A DNA stretch of 64,000 bases from Bigelowiella natans CCMP2755 (lineage: Eukaryota > Protista > Cercozoa): the NCBI GenBank assembly GCA_000320545.1, contig ADNK01001791.1, forward strand, positions 37,832 through 101,831, in the 5' to 3' direction. Under the pieces are notes generated by a model that was not told the origin of the DNA, made no database searches, and was given only the letters and a program-made list of their open reading frames with translations. Below, piece by piece: positions 53,183 through 64,000 of this stretch. The stretch's first letter is position 1, and the number at the start of each line of letters is the position of its first letter. The translations under genes were made by a program, and so were the position numbers.

Positions 53183-54594
53183 TCAGCGATTATGCAACCG
53201 ACACCCTGGAAAATTAACGCGTGGCGGGAAGATGTGAAGGCTGCAGAAGGAGGAAGTTGGTATATGTATAGAGGGGCAGCGGCAACCTTGCTTCGCTGCC
53301 GCTTCAAAGGCGGTGGTTTGGCTGCTGTATCTGCTTCTTCGTAACCCTTGCTTTCGCTACTTCCCGAGCGCTGCATTATCACACAAATGGTTAGGATATC
53401 AAACAGCCGCGGTCCGTGAAGAAGAGGCAAGGATGCAACGAATGCTATCAGCTAACGATGACCTCATGCCTTTGCAAACAAAACTGCAAGAACCAATGGC
53501 TATAGCCAACAGCACATCGTACCTCTGTAGCTGCCTCTACTGCGCCAAGACGAGTGACGCATTGCTGGAGAACCAAGACCATCTTCGATAGTGCGGACTG
53601 CGTTGTTGCAAGCTTCTCCTGAGTTTTACGCAGCTCAACCACGATTTTGTCCATGTTCTCGTGATCTCCTGAGGAACCGGAGGTGCGGTGTCTCTTGCGG
53701 GGAGCCGGGCTGCGGCTTCGTGCTCGTCCAGCAGATGGAAGCTTTGACCGAGACTGATGAGGAGTATGGATGGTGTAGGATGGGATTTTTCGTCTAAGTT
53801 GGTAATGCGAGTTTTCGATCGCATGGGCACTGGCGTGTGTTTCATTTTTTATTTAGCGTTACTACTTCGTTAGTTCATCAGTGTGAATGAGTATTCAAAG
53901 CCCCGCATGCTGCTACTGCTACAACTGATAAATAGCAATTACCTCTATGGGTCTTGAGTATACAACATTCAACTCTGGGGAGGCAAGATTCGGCGCAACC
54001 TAGTTATCATTTTTGTGGTGGTGGATTAGCTGCTGAGATAATAATCGAAGCCATTGTCGATGAGTTTGTTGCTTCATTTTTACCCCTTCAAATCCTGGGG
54101 GAGGGCGTGGCTTCGCATAGCAGCGCACACGGAACTTCTGTCCCATGAAGTTCTTTGACACCTTCTCGATGCGGAATAAGAACTTCACCGAGCGATTCCT
54201 TGCGTTCACAATTGGGGGAGAACTCTGATTGTGTTGGGTCTTGAGAATGCTTTGGAATTTGTCTTCCACCCTCCTGCGGAATAAAATGAAAAACATTAAT
54301 TGCTGCTCAATGCTCGTTGGCAGAATCAATACTTGCGATCTTCAAAGAATAGATCCAAATGCAGCTCCCATTGAAGATCAGCAGCCGCTTGTCCCTCCAG
54401 CACAACCTGGAGACTCATGAATGTATCTTTCTTACCACCGATGTCCTAATAAAGCACGTGATAAGTAACCTCTTAATCAGCATCCAAGCGACCCCCTTAT
54501 TCCATCACATCGAGTCGCCATTTACCTTATACCAAATTTCAGGAGGCTCCGTCTTGATCACCAGCCTGGGGATTTCCTTTAGTTCGTGCAGCAT
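52843..54594 (-). CDS. Putative CudA-like (Ig/p53-like fold) transcription factor with a coiled coil; start uncertain
   Basis: Spliced motifs LVIKTEPPEIWYK|DIGGKKD, LDLFFED.K|RVEDKFQSIL, FLFRIEKVSKNFMGQKFRV, SRPIE|SRSK, then a basic NLS-like PRKRHR and a heptad helix. Family name from motif recall, not a search. Confidence 0.55.
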
Positions 54595-54820
54595 CGGGTT
54601 GATACGGGAGATTTGGGGAGAGGTGGGTAGCAATAATTTCTTGTTTTTTTGAAATGTGGGATGGGGGTGGATTATTGTTGTCGTAGTTGTTGTAGTTGTT
54701 GTTTGCGTAACAACCGCTACTACCGAACAAATATCCCAAATAGATTAGGTTTTATGTCTGCGACAAGGTAAAAAGATAGAAGTCCGTGTTGCTTCACTCA
54801 TCCGAAGATTGATTGCAACG

Positions 54821-55504
54821 ATGTGTTGGTCTTTGGAGGTGTCGGCATCCTCCGCTGCCTTTGGGACCATGGCCAGCATTGTCCTTTGGATGCGTAACAC
54901 CAGAAGGGATAGATTAAGCGCCATATGGCTGTTCAGCTATACGGTGACACAATACGTTGATGTGATTCTCTGGTTGGATGTAGCAGCAAATCCTAAAGCA
55001 TCGATCGACGATGGTCACCAGTTGTGCACCCGCATGAATCACTTACTATCGCAGTATGTCATCCCCCTTGATGTAATTTGGCAATGCTCATTTGAGGGAG
55101 GCCGCGATGTAAAACCTGGTTGGACATTAATGTCTTTGATTATGAACCGCGGGGTAGTCTTAAGGGCAGTTTTTTTCACGTCGCTGTTCTACTTCTTTTG
55201 GCCGTACCCTGCATGCAGCCATTTGCAGCACGATGCTTTTGGAAGAGAATTCATCTCGTGGGCTAATTTTGAGGTTCCCTTTTGGGCGGCTGGCCTTGTC
55301 CCGTTGACCGGAATGGTTCATTCAGTAGTTACGAAAACACTGACTGTTCGAAAACTGGTTGTTTGGACTGTATTTTTGCTTCAAATGTGCCTCCATGGCC
55401 GTTTCCTCATGAACACTTGGTGTCTATACTGCTTTGCGCTATTCCCATTCATGTGGATCCACATGACAGAGTACAATGTTCTGGAAAAATACAAAACGGC
55501 ATGA
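54821..55504 (+). CDS. Intronless multi-pass membrane protein (227 aa) resembling a family seen in giant viruses/bacteria (MC[FW]SxxxS...Q..D..LW, DUF5765-like)
   Basis: MCWSLEVSASSAAF...RNTRRDRLSAIWLFSYTVTQYVDVILW; ~6 hydrophobic segments; C-terminal NTWCLYC. Family resemblance from recall. Confidence 0.6.
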   Translation: MCWSLEVSASSAAFGTMASIVLWMRNTRRDRLSAIWLFSYTVTQYVDVILWLDVAANPKASIDDGHQLCTRMNHLLSQYVIPLDVIWQCSFEGGRDVKPGWTLMSLIMNRGVVLRAVFFTSLFYFFWPYPACSHLQHDAFGREFISWANFEVPFWAAGLVPLTGMVHSVVTKTLTVRKLVVWTVFLLQMCLHGRFLMNTWCLYCFALFPFMWIHMTEYNVLEKYKTA

Positions 55505-56598
55505 GTCTGATAGAGTTATTCTTCGTTGTAGTTTCGAACGTTCAAATTAAGATTAATTGAGATAAGCAGAGTCCTACCTTAAATTTGCACATTTAGAAGT
55601 GCAGGAGCCAAAGAAATATGGATTCTACGAAACACCTTGGCACCTACTCATTGTACACCTAAGTAACTTACATATAATCCTCGAGAGCGGATGTTGCATC
55701 CTCATCATTATCTGTATATTGTTATTATAATTATCATTATCATCAAAGCACATGTATATCGATGAAGAATCATTACAAACATGATAGCATGATAGACTCA
55801 CATGGAGTGCAGACATGCTAGTATGGGTAGCATGTACCCATGCTAGCTGCGCTGTACGTGACTTTTATTCACTGGTAGCTACTAACTGATGGGTGGTGGG
55901 TGTACGTTAAATGTGAGACGGCTGTGATGGACATTATTCTTTTTAAATAAATACGAGTACGTATGCATAGCATGTTGTATTATTGCTACGTGCACATCTA
56001 GACCTCTCTAGATATCAACAGCTCGTCCAGGTGGTGTTACATGCGCATAAACATGTCTAGATGTGAGATCGACGGATAAATAAATGAAGTGATTAAATCT
56101 TTCTATTCAATGGTCACCCTGATTGTAATGTAGCTATACAAAGTAGCGGCTACATCGTGTATGTTGTATCTGTTTGTTTCCACTGTCATGTGCTTCGCTG
56201 CTGCCTACATAGACCATGCCCTTCATTTCATTTCCCTACTGTTCGCGGTAGCAAAAAATGCCATAATTCGCAACCCTTGCAGCATGGCTGTACACACACA
56301 TGCATCTTAGCCACCCTAGCTGTATGCATCGCATAGCTAGCATAACATCGATCATCATCGAGCTAGATCGTTACAGACGTCAAGACTGTGCGAAGGGCAA
56401 CTCTACTAAAAATAAGATCATTCTCATTATTATCATTGACAGTTATTCTGTGCCTTGCGGCTGTCGGGTGTCGCACCGGACATGATAGATATAGAATTGC
56501 CTAATAACTCTATACTGGCAATGAACGCCACATCTGAAATGCACCGAATAGCTGTGGTCGAGGCACCTTTTATCCCCATAGCACTCGTAGGTAACTCT

Positions 56599-59500
56599 TC
56601 AATCTTCGGATGAGACCTGCGAAGTAGTAGTCAGACGTTGCTGGAAGAAAACGTTCTCCTCGCCCTTGAGCGCATCTTCAAGGGTGAGTCCGTCCTCATA
56701 CAATCGCTTGTCGTTAGCCTTGACATGGTCCACACACCAGTGCTTGCTCAAGAACTGTGGCTTCATGCCGTCGAGAAAGTGCTGCCGCCATTCCTTTTGA
56801 AACTCAAAGAGGCCCTTTCCGCCCCCCCGCCGCATCACCTCCCTCACAACCATGTAGCCGTGGCTGAGCTTTTTGTCTGATTTGACCTTGACTTTCCCCA
56901 GAGTGAGCAGCCGCTTCAGATCTGCACGAGTGAGAGTCGTGTCGCCAGGAAGAGGTTCCAAGTCCTTCTGGAAGATCTCTGACCTCTCTCCGCATATTCT
57001 TGACATTGTCACCCCCCCGACCTTCCCACGGAGCTCCTCCGACAGCGCAGCCTTCGCCGCCGCATCATAGGTGTTGAAACGGCGCGCTTGCGCGCTAGTC
57101 TTGCACGTAAAGTCTCTGAGAAACACACCCTTGAAGGGGCCGTCAAGGTACGTGGTGCCGCTCTCCTTGTTCGATCGTACGAGCCATGACCATTCTTCAT
57201 TCGGCGATTTAATCAATTTGGTTCCCTGTCGCAGCGTGTAGCCACCGATCACCGTGGGATACGAAGACGGCAAGGATAAGGAGGAGGAGGAATAAGGAGA
57301 AGAGGGAGAGACTTCTGAATCACGATTCGTGATAGCAGAAGACGATGAAGCTTTCTCCTCTTCTTCTTCTTCTTCTTCTTCTTCTTCTTCTCGTTCATCA
57401 GTGACGACTGTATTGGTAGTAGAAGAAGTGGGCATGGGCCTTCTTACTGCATGCTTGGAATCAGATGGAGAAGGACCTTCAGAACAGAAAAGCCGTGGTG
57501 ACGAGGCGGAAGAGGAGGGGGAGGGTGACAACGATGATAAAGATGATTTCTCCCATTTCTTTGTTGAGTCCGTGTTGGAGGAATTAGTGCTGCTGACCTT
57601 CTCTCTTTTGTTACATTGACCGCTGCTTCTTTCATCAGTCGTGCTTGACCCTCTCCATTCACTTTCATTGTCATCACCATCATTCGTGCTTGATCCTCTC
57701 CATTCACTTTCATCGTCATCACCACCCTCCTCACCAACGCTCGTAGACGTTTTAAATTGCCGTTGCTGCGCCTCATCCAATTTCTCTTCTGTCGCCTCGC
57801 TTTCGCTGAAAGTACCCCCCCCGTAGTTCTCAAGAAAATCGGAGACTTTTTTGATCAAACAGTAGTAAAACTTGTTATTGTGGAGACGGATCTTATCGCC
57901 GTTCAGGTATAAGGCTTTTGCCGCTCGGATGGCCTCACTCCTCATTTTAACTTCACTGTTTCGAGACTGCTTGAAGGGCACATCATAGCGAACACAAAGT
58001 TCCCTTTTCAATTCTTCATTAAGCATGTTGACCTTGGCATTGCAGATACGGCACGTAAGGACGATATCATGAGAGCTGTGGGACTTTATCGCCAGCGGGA
58101 AGAACTGGCGGTATGCATGCGGAATAACGTTATGCTTCATCAGCATATCACCACGTCCGCACACAACGCATTCATTTTTCCTCTCGCAACAGAAGAAGGG
58201 ATCCCCGCTGTTTCCTAGCCCTTTTGGCGTGAACGTGAGTTGGATTGTAGGCGCCATTTGCCAGCTTTTTGTCGTAGCACTGAGCTTCGCATCAGTGGGG
58301 CCATCAGCGCCTTCCTTGCCCCTCCCCAACAATTCTGGATATTTCTTCTTGATGTCCTCGTATGAAACTCGTTTCGCGAGACCCTTTTCGAGGTAGAAGT
58401 TGATCTTTCTCCTTGCGCACGTGAACATCAGCTGTCCATTGGGATGAAGCACGCGGCAATTGTCATAGAGATTCTTCGCGGGCACCCCGTTCTGACCGGC
58501 AGCGTATTTCTTCACCCTCTGGAGCCACCTTTCCTCGATACGTTGGCGATTTGAAGAAGAGAAAGAAGAAGAAGAAGAAGAAGAAGAGTTGTTCCTGCTC
58601 GAGGTGCTGCTGCCATCAGTACCATTACGGTTATCTGAGCTGCTCGAAGCTCCTATCTTCCCCCTCACATGTTTATTACGCTTTCGAGACTTCTTTGGGC
58701 CTGGTCTAGGCGGCATATCGAGGAGACTTCTCACCCACTGCACATGGCCGCTGCCTCCTCCCCCTCCCCCTCCTCCTCCTCCTCCTCCTTTGCCACGGCC
58801 CTCCTCTTGAAGCGAGGGTCCGAATTTGGCTAGAAATTCACGGTATATCTCCGCCCCGTAGAACGCGTCGGATGCAGCGTAAAGGAGCTGTGCGGGTGTT
58901 AGATGTTTCCTCTCCCAATCGCTGCAGCGCACCTCATCGCTCTTGGGAAGTATCATCCCCGTCGTCTTCTTCGAGAGTCCGTGCAACGAAAACCTAAAGG
59001 AGGAGGGGGAGGAGGAAGTAGCGTGGATCTCCCTCAAAGCCACGTTCTTCATCTCGAGGCACCCTCTGGTCTTGACGTGGAAGTACTTTGCCAGCTTCTT
59101 CGCGTCCTGCAGCACACCCACGCCGCACTTGACAATATCAGCATCTTCCAGTAGCGACTGAAGCTTTGGACCGATCCCGCCCATGTGTGACAGTCGAAAC
59201 AAGGCAAGCTCCCTTAGGATGCCCCCCCCCTCCTCTACACACATGCAGATCTGCAAGAGAGCGACCTTGGCATGCTTAACAGGTCTCCATTCACAATCCA
59301 GCCCGAGATAAAGCCGACGTGCTGGCCCGACTTCAATTTGTACTCCTTCTTTCCTCTCTCCTTCTTCTTCTTCTTCTTCTTCTTCTCCTTCTTTTTTCTT
59401 CTCCTCCTCGTCCTGTCCACCCTTTGCTACAGAATCACCACCATCCACAAGACCGTCATCGCCCTTGACCCTTGCAATTGTGTGGTCATTTACTTTGCTT

Positions 59501-59826
59501 TCTCCTCTCCCCAGCACCCCTTCTCTTGGCACTTCGCCTTCTCCCCCCCCCTCTTGCTCATCCCTCCGCGCCTCTAATAATCCATCTCCACACGGCGTTT
59601 TCGCCTTGGAGTTTATGCGGAATGATGGTGGTATCGATGAAGATGCCACCTCCTTTGCTTGCTGTTTGATGGTACTGTCTTTCCTACGACGGCGCCCCGC
59701 CCCCCCCCTTCTCTTTTTGACCGTAACATTGCAGCCCAGCCTTCTCAACGCTTGTTCGATGTAGACTTCTGCATCCGTGGCGTCTTTCAGTACGGCAATG
59801 CGGCTGTTCTCCACCCCAGCGAGCAT
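56599..59826 (-). CDS. EXD2: EXD2-like 3'-5' exonuclease (DnaQ/WRN-type exo domain + C-terminal HNH-like domain); probably extended 5' by exons up to an ATG at 60521
   Basis: LGLDCEW, VALLQI, LLEDADIVKCGVGVLQDAKKL, RCSDWERKHLTPAQLLYAASDA; LYDNC..PNGQLMFTC.RRK..FYLEKGL, KNECVVCG, KHNVIPHAYRQFFP..IKSHSSHDIVLTC. Confidence 0.9.
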   Translation of the reverse strand: MLAGVENSRIAVLKDATDAEVYIEQALRRLGCNVTVKKRRGGAGRRRRKDSTIKQQAKEVASSSIPPSFRINSKAKTPCGDGLLEARRDEQEGGGEGEVPREGVLGRGESKVNDHTIARVKGDDGLVDGGDSVAKGGQDEEEKKKEGEEEEEEEEGERKEGVQIEVGPARRLYLGLDCEWRPVKHAKVALLQICMCVEEGGGILRELALFRLSHMGGIGPKLQSLLEDADIVKCGVGVLQDAKKLAKYFHVKTRGCLEMKNVALREIHATSSSPSSFRFSLHGLSKKTTGMILPKSDEVRCSDWERKHLTPAQLLYAASDAFYGAEIYREFLAKFGPSLQEEGRGKGGGGGGGGGGGGSGHVQWVRSLLDMPPRPGPKKSRKRNKHVRGKIGASSSSDNRNGTDGSSTSSRNNSSSSSSSSFSSSNRQRIEERWLQRVKKYAAGQNGVPAKNLYDNCRVLHPNGQLMFTCARRKINFYLEKGLAKRVSYEDIKKKYPELLGRGKEGADGPTDAKLSATTKSWQMAPTIQLTFTPKGLGNSGDPFFCCERKNECVVCGRGDMLMKHNVIPHAYRQFFPLAIKSHSSHDIVLTCRICNAKVNMLNEELKRELCVRYDVPFKQSRNSEVKMRSEAIRAAKALYLNGDKIRLHNNKFYYCLIKKVSDFLENYGGGTFSESEATEEKLDEAQQRQFKTSTSVGEEGGDDDESEWRGSSTNDGDDNESEWRGSSTTDERSSGQCNKREKVSSTNSSNTDSTKKWEKSSLSSLSPSPSSSASSPRLFCSEGPSPSDSKHAVRRPMPTSSTTNTVVTDEREEEEEEEEEEEEKASSSSAITNRDSEVSPSSPYSSSSLSLPSSYPTVIGGYTLRQGTKLIKSPNEEWSWLVRSNKESGTTYLDGPFKGVFLRDFTCKTSAQARRFNTYDAAAKAALSEELRGKVGGVTMSRICGERSEIFQKDLEPLPGDTTLTRADLKRLLTLGKVKVKSDKKLSHGYMVVREVMRRGGGKGLFEFQKEWRQHFLDGMKPQFLSKHWCVDHVKANDKRLYEDGLTLEDALKGEENVFFQQRLTTTSQVSSED

Positions 59827-60061
59827 GCGCTTGTATGCAGGGGGGAGGGATGAAAGTGCCAGGCGGGAGGGGAGAGAAACATCGTGGTGGTGATGGTGAT
59901 GATGGTGTGGGATTCTGCTAGTTGCTTTGCTCTCTCCCTTGTCCTCCTCCTCCTCCTCCTCAGGTATGTTGAAAGCGTTCCACTCGAAGTATATCTACGT
60001 TAGAATGGGGGAGGAGAAAGATATAAGTAATTCTGGGTAAAATTAATATAAACAGGCGTGT

Positions 60062-60116
<55 letters not shown>

Positions 60117-60197
60117 ATTAGTATAAATACTGTCTCTACGACGCATTCCAATATCCACTTCTTCGATGCTATGCCTCCTTCGCATCATCATAGTCAG

Positions 60198-60232
<35 letters not shown>

Positions 60233-60233
60233 C

Positions 60234-60521
60234 CTTGGAGTCATCCCTCGTATTTTCAGAGCGTGCACGAAGAAGTGATGCATGGTGCAAGCGGATAAGC
60301 CAGGAATTCACAACCCGCGACCTCTCACTCTCGCTCTCAGCAGCGCAGTGTTCGCTGCCCGAATCCTTCCATCGAAGAAGTCGGTTGGTTGACGTGAAAA
60401 GGGGGATGAGAACATCCTGTGCGAGGAAACGTAGCCCCCTTGCGCCAACCCCAGTCAGGAGAGCAGCAGCAGTGAATTGAACAAGCGTTGTTGATGATGA
60501 TGAAGATGAAGACACCTCCAT
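60234..60521 (-). CDS. Probable first exon of the EXD2-like gene, with an N-terminal hydrophobic anchor
   Basis: MEVSSSSSSSTTLVQFTAAALLTGVGARGLRFL...; donor AAG|GTGATG. Animal EXD2 has an N-terminal TM anchor. Linking exons not fully phased. Confidence 0.4.
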
Positions 60522-60601
60522 GCGGTGAGGACGTGATAACGTACTATCCGTAGTGAAGAGAAGAAGGCGCATCCCAGCAACAAAGACTGTTCCTATGTGT
60601 A

Positions 60602-62266
60602 TTAAGTTGAGAATCGTAAGCTCTCTCTTTTCCCCACCTTAAAAAGCTGCAGGTGGTATTCTCTATGGCGGTTTGCTAAGGGGGGGGGGGGGAGGGAATC
60701 AAGATGTACACGATTTGACATATTTATACAGCCGGATTTTACAGAGGACAGGGGATCATATAGCGGCTTTGACTCTATTCTATCTCTCCGTGCTGCCGCC
60801 TTCATAATAATGTCGCCATCATCATTACCATATCCCAACCCACGCAGCAATACCACTCCGCTACTACGACAGCGGTAGTCCAGAGGGTTATTATTATCAC
60901 TGCTTGTGTTAATAATGCCAGCAGCTGAAGCAGCAGCATCTTCGTTGTTTGATCCAAACGAGAAGAGTGCATGCAATGGGGCAAAAGCGATTACGGCCGC
61001 AACAAATGTGCCTACCACCATGCCGCTGTGTGTTGATTCAGAATTTGTGCGAGTAGAGGTAGGAGTAGTTGTAGTTGCACGAATTGCTGCTGTAGCATTT
61101 GCGATGACGGAATTGTCATTATTGTTGCTTTGGGGTGATAATGGACTCGATTCCATTTTCTTGAGGGACTTGACTTTACGAGGGAAGCACCACCTACGAC
61201 GGGGGGATGTGGGAGCTGTATTCAGTTGTTTTCGGTGCAATGAACGCTTAAATCTTTTCCCATCGACTGTATTTTCGTTGTCACTCGAAACACCCAGAGC
61301 ATTAGCGCTCGATGAAAATTTTGCACGCACCTCTTGGCCGGGCTCTTGGCCCGTTCGGATGGAGGGGGAGGGGAACAGTTGCAGACCTTTCCTCCCTCAC
61401 CCTTTCTTCTTCGGCCCGCTGTGTTAGGTCTTAACCGCACAGATTTCGGACTGCCAAAATATGGGAAAACACAGGGGAATTTTACGATATTTCCGGCCTG
61501 GGAGAGACCGACTTCGCAACCAAGGGCCCTCGCTAGCGCGCATTTCCACCCCCCTGGGTCCGCGCTCCCCCATCGGGAAAACATCTAGGGAGAATTGTCC
61601 AGAACGCACCACTCTCCCAGCAGCGTCTCGGCGGACACCGAAACGGTCTCATCATCCGTTTCTGCCCACCTACAGCCTGTGGAAGAACAACGAGGGGGGA
61701 GAGCGCTGCTGCTCCAGACAACCAAAGAGGGAGCGGGAGAGAGGGGAGGCATCTCTGTCTAAGAGGGGCGGAAGGACGTCAGGATGGTACAGTGCGCTGG
61801 GTTTGGCTGAGGGGGGACGAGCATCTAACGCCATTGTCTGTCTGGGGCAGATGTGAATGAACATGTGGTTAGAACTCAATTCCGACCCTTCGTCATCACA
61901 GAAATCAACGCATCTCCTGTATTCACCTGAAAGTTCTCGCCGGAGTCACCAAAGGTGCGGCTGAGCAGCTCTTTTCCCATGGCGATGCGCGGCCATTGGT
62001 GCCATGATTTCCGTGTTGAGTGGAAATGCAAATGGTTGGAGGCGACAACGACGATGACATTGCCAAAATCACGCGAATCGTGTAGGTGCACACCCACCCC
62101 CCTCTTGACAACCATATTCTTTCACGTAAAAGGGATGGAAGATCCGGCACCTTTCGTCCTGCGACAGCTAGGCCTCGTAGACTCCCCAAACATGCCGACA
62201 ACAACGCAAGACCCCAAACGTCACATGGGTATTATAGAGCAGCGGTAGCTAGAAGGCGAAAGAGAG

Positions 62267-62365
<99 letters not shown>

Positions 62366-62987
62366 ATTCGAACAACAGGGGGTAATAGAGGACAAGCAGG
62401 GCGGGGACAAAGGGAAAAGAGACGATTCATGAAATTGAAGATGATTATTTTCAACATCACAAACTGGTGCGATTCTTGCTGTCTGCTAAGTTTTATTGTG
62501 GTTTCTCTGCACTAACAGTATTAGCGTGAGGAGGAGGACATCTCGGACTCCGCCACTTATCACTAAGCCAAGGAATGGCAACTCATTACCAGAATCGGGA
62601 GGCGGGGGGCTGGGGTGGGTGGATGCTAGGCCTTCTAGGATGGAGATGACAAAGTCACGCCAAAAGGTGTATTTCTGTCTTTCCAATCCCCCCCCCCCCG
62701 CCGCCCCCCCAAAACCATATGAAGCTAGCCGATCACTAACAAAAAATTAATTTCTATAAATTTTGATAATATGAATATTGTACGTAATTCATGAGAGGTG
62801 TTCTGTTTTCTAAGATCAAGAGATCTATGCGTGATGCCTTGGCACTCGACCTGCCGTCCTCTAGCAGGGGACCGGGGCAGCGATTACGATCTAACAATGT
62901 ATCCATCTGCTAATCTTACGAATGTATAATGTGATATTCGGGTGGTGTTTGATCACAACTACACACACAGAGACGCACACACAATTG

Positions 62988-63032
<45 letters not shown>

Positions 63033-63411
63033 TTGTAAGCACTAATACTATAATTAATGGTGACATATTTAAGAGAATTACTTTTTGATATTCGCAAATC
63101 AATGAAGGTCTCTCCTCCTTGGAAATGAGCGCATATGATGATTCATTAGCAAAATCGTCGGTTAGACGAGAGGTGGTGACTCCTCATTTCTTACTTCTGT
63201 TGTTCTCTCCAATATCGTATCCCCCCTCCCCCCCACCAACACACACTTTAAAAATAATATATATAATCAGCAGACTAATTGTCATCATATTGATATACTG
63301 ATGATGATAGAATCTTGAATACGAAATAATCGCTTCCTCAATGTCGCGTGTTCTGGATAAGGTTGGGAGGCAGGTCATCATCACTCGAAATGTTCAAAAG
63401 CGTATGTGCGT

Positions 63412-63467
<56 letters not shown>

Positions 63468-63579
63468 TGTGTGTATTTGTATTGAGTAAAACTTGCTACC
63501 GCAACCCTCCCTTATTACATGTGTGTAAAATCCAAAGGCATTGGCATCTGAGTCTCCGGCATTAAGGTCCCCATCCCCC

Positions 63580-63610
<31 letters not shown>

Positions 63611-64000
63611 CCCCCCCCCTCTCTCCCTCTCCCGCCTCCATAAAAATATTGATATTATGCCCAGATTCGTGCTACTATTGTAGTCATACCGAGTTTTGAC
63701 TCGAGGTGTTCGATGATTTAGCCCCGATGCAGGCTGTTCCCCCCTCCAAAGAAAATACTCATTATCAGTCAACTCACGGCTCATCGCTGATACATTTTTC
63801 TCTGTATTAAGAGGACAATTCTCTCTCCATCATGCCTTCTCTCCTATAGTTGAGTGGAAAACTAGAACAAGCACGACTCCACTTTGCTTTTGAGATCCCA
63901 TTGGAAAATGCAATTCGGGAAGGAAGTCTTCGAGGAGGAGAAGGGACTATGCATTGCCGAACGTGGTCTATCTACCCCGTCTACCCCAGATATCACCCGA
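60602..64000 (-). CDS. Fragments of one or more uncharacterised minus-strand genes running in from beyond the window end (242-aa ORF 60602-61330 plus several GT-AG-bounded open segments)
   Basis: Open segments e.g. EKNVSAMSRELTDNEYFLWRGEQ (~63690-63800), KYTFWRDFVISILEGLAST (~62630-62675); no recognisable domain. Confidence 0.3.

Noticed and set aside
55800-56400. Convergent spacers 55800-56400, 52250-52600 and 11940-12500 as further TA-erased tracts
   Set aside because: They show only mild CATG/CTAG enrichment with many unprotected TAs, too weak to call by eye.

Overview
Eukaryotic nuclear DNA: gene-dense, intron-rich (GT-AG), with microsatellite-filled introns. Two genes appear to have bipartite signal+transit presequences, which suggests an alga with a secondary plastid; a chlorarachniophyte is plausible but is inference only. 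About 17 genes or gene fragments were reconstructed by hand: an orphan with a duplicated W-motif, an ankyrin-repeat protein, a STN7/STN8-like pseudokinase, PTRHD1-like peptidyl-tRNA hydrolase, a STE20 kinase, an RBP45/NAM8-like RRM protein, a secreted VOC/glyoxalase-like protein, GPN1, a syntaxin, a multi-pass membrane protein, a CH-CH/coiled-coil/GAR cytolinker, SAE1, a CudA-like transcription factor, an intronless membrane protein resembling giant-virus ORFs, EXD2 and partial unknown genes. The most striking signal is non-coding. Four intergenic tracts (22030-22916, 25111-25664, 34178-35635, 47770-48411) have lost almost all TpA dinucleotides except inside CTAG. They are rich in TG/CA and keep CG. 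Introns and the ~350-450 bp upstream of start codons keep abundant TA. This looks like a strand-symmetric, context-specific A:T->G:C hypermutation footprint (TAH->TGH), the opposite direction to fungal RIP. Exon boundaries and dinucleotide counts were made by eye and may be off by a few bases or counts.
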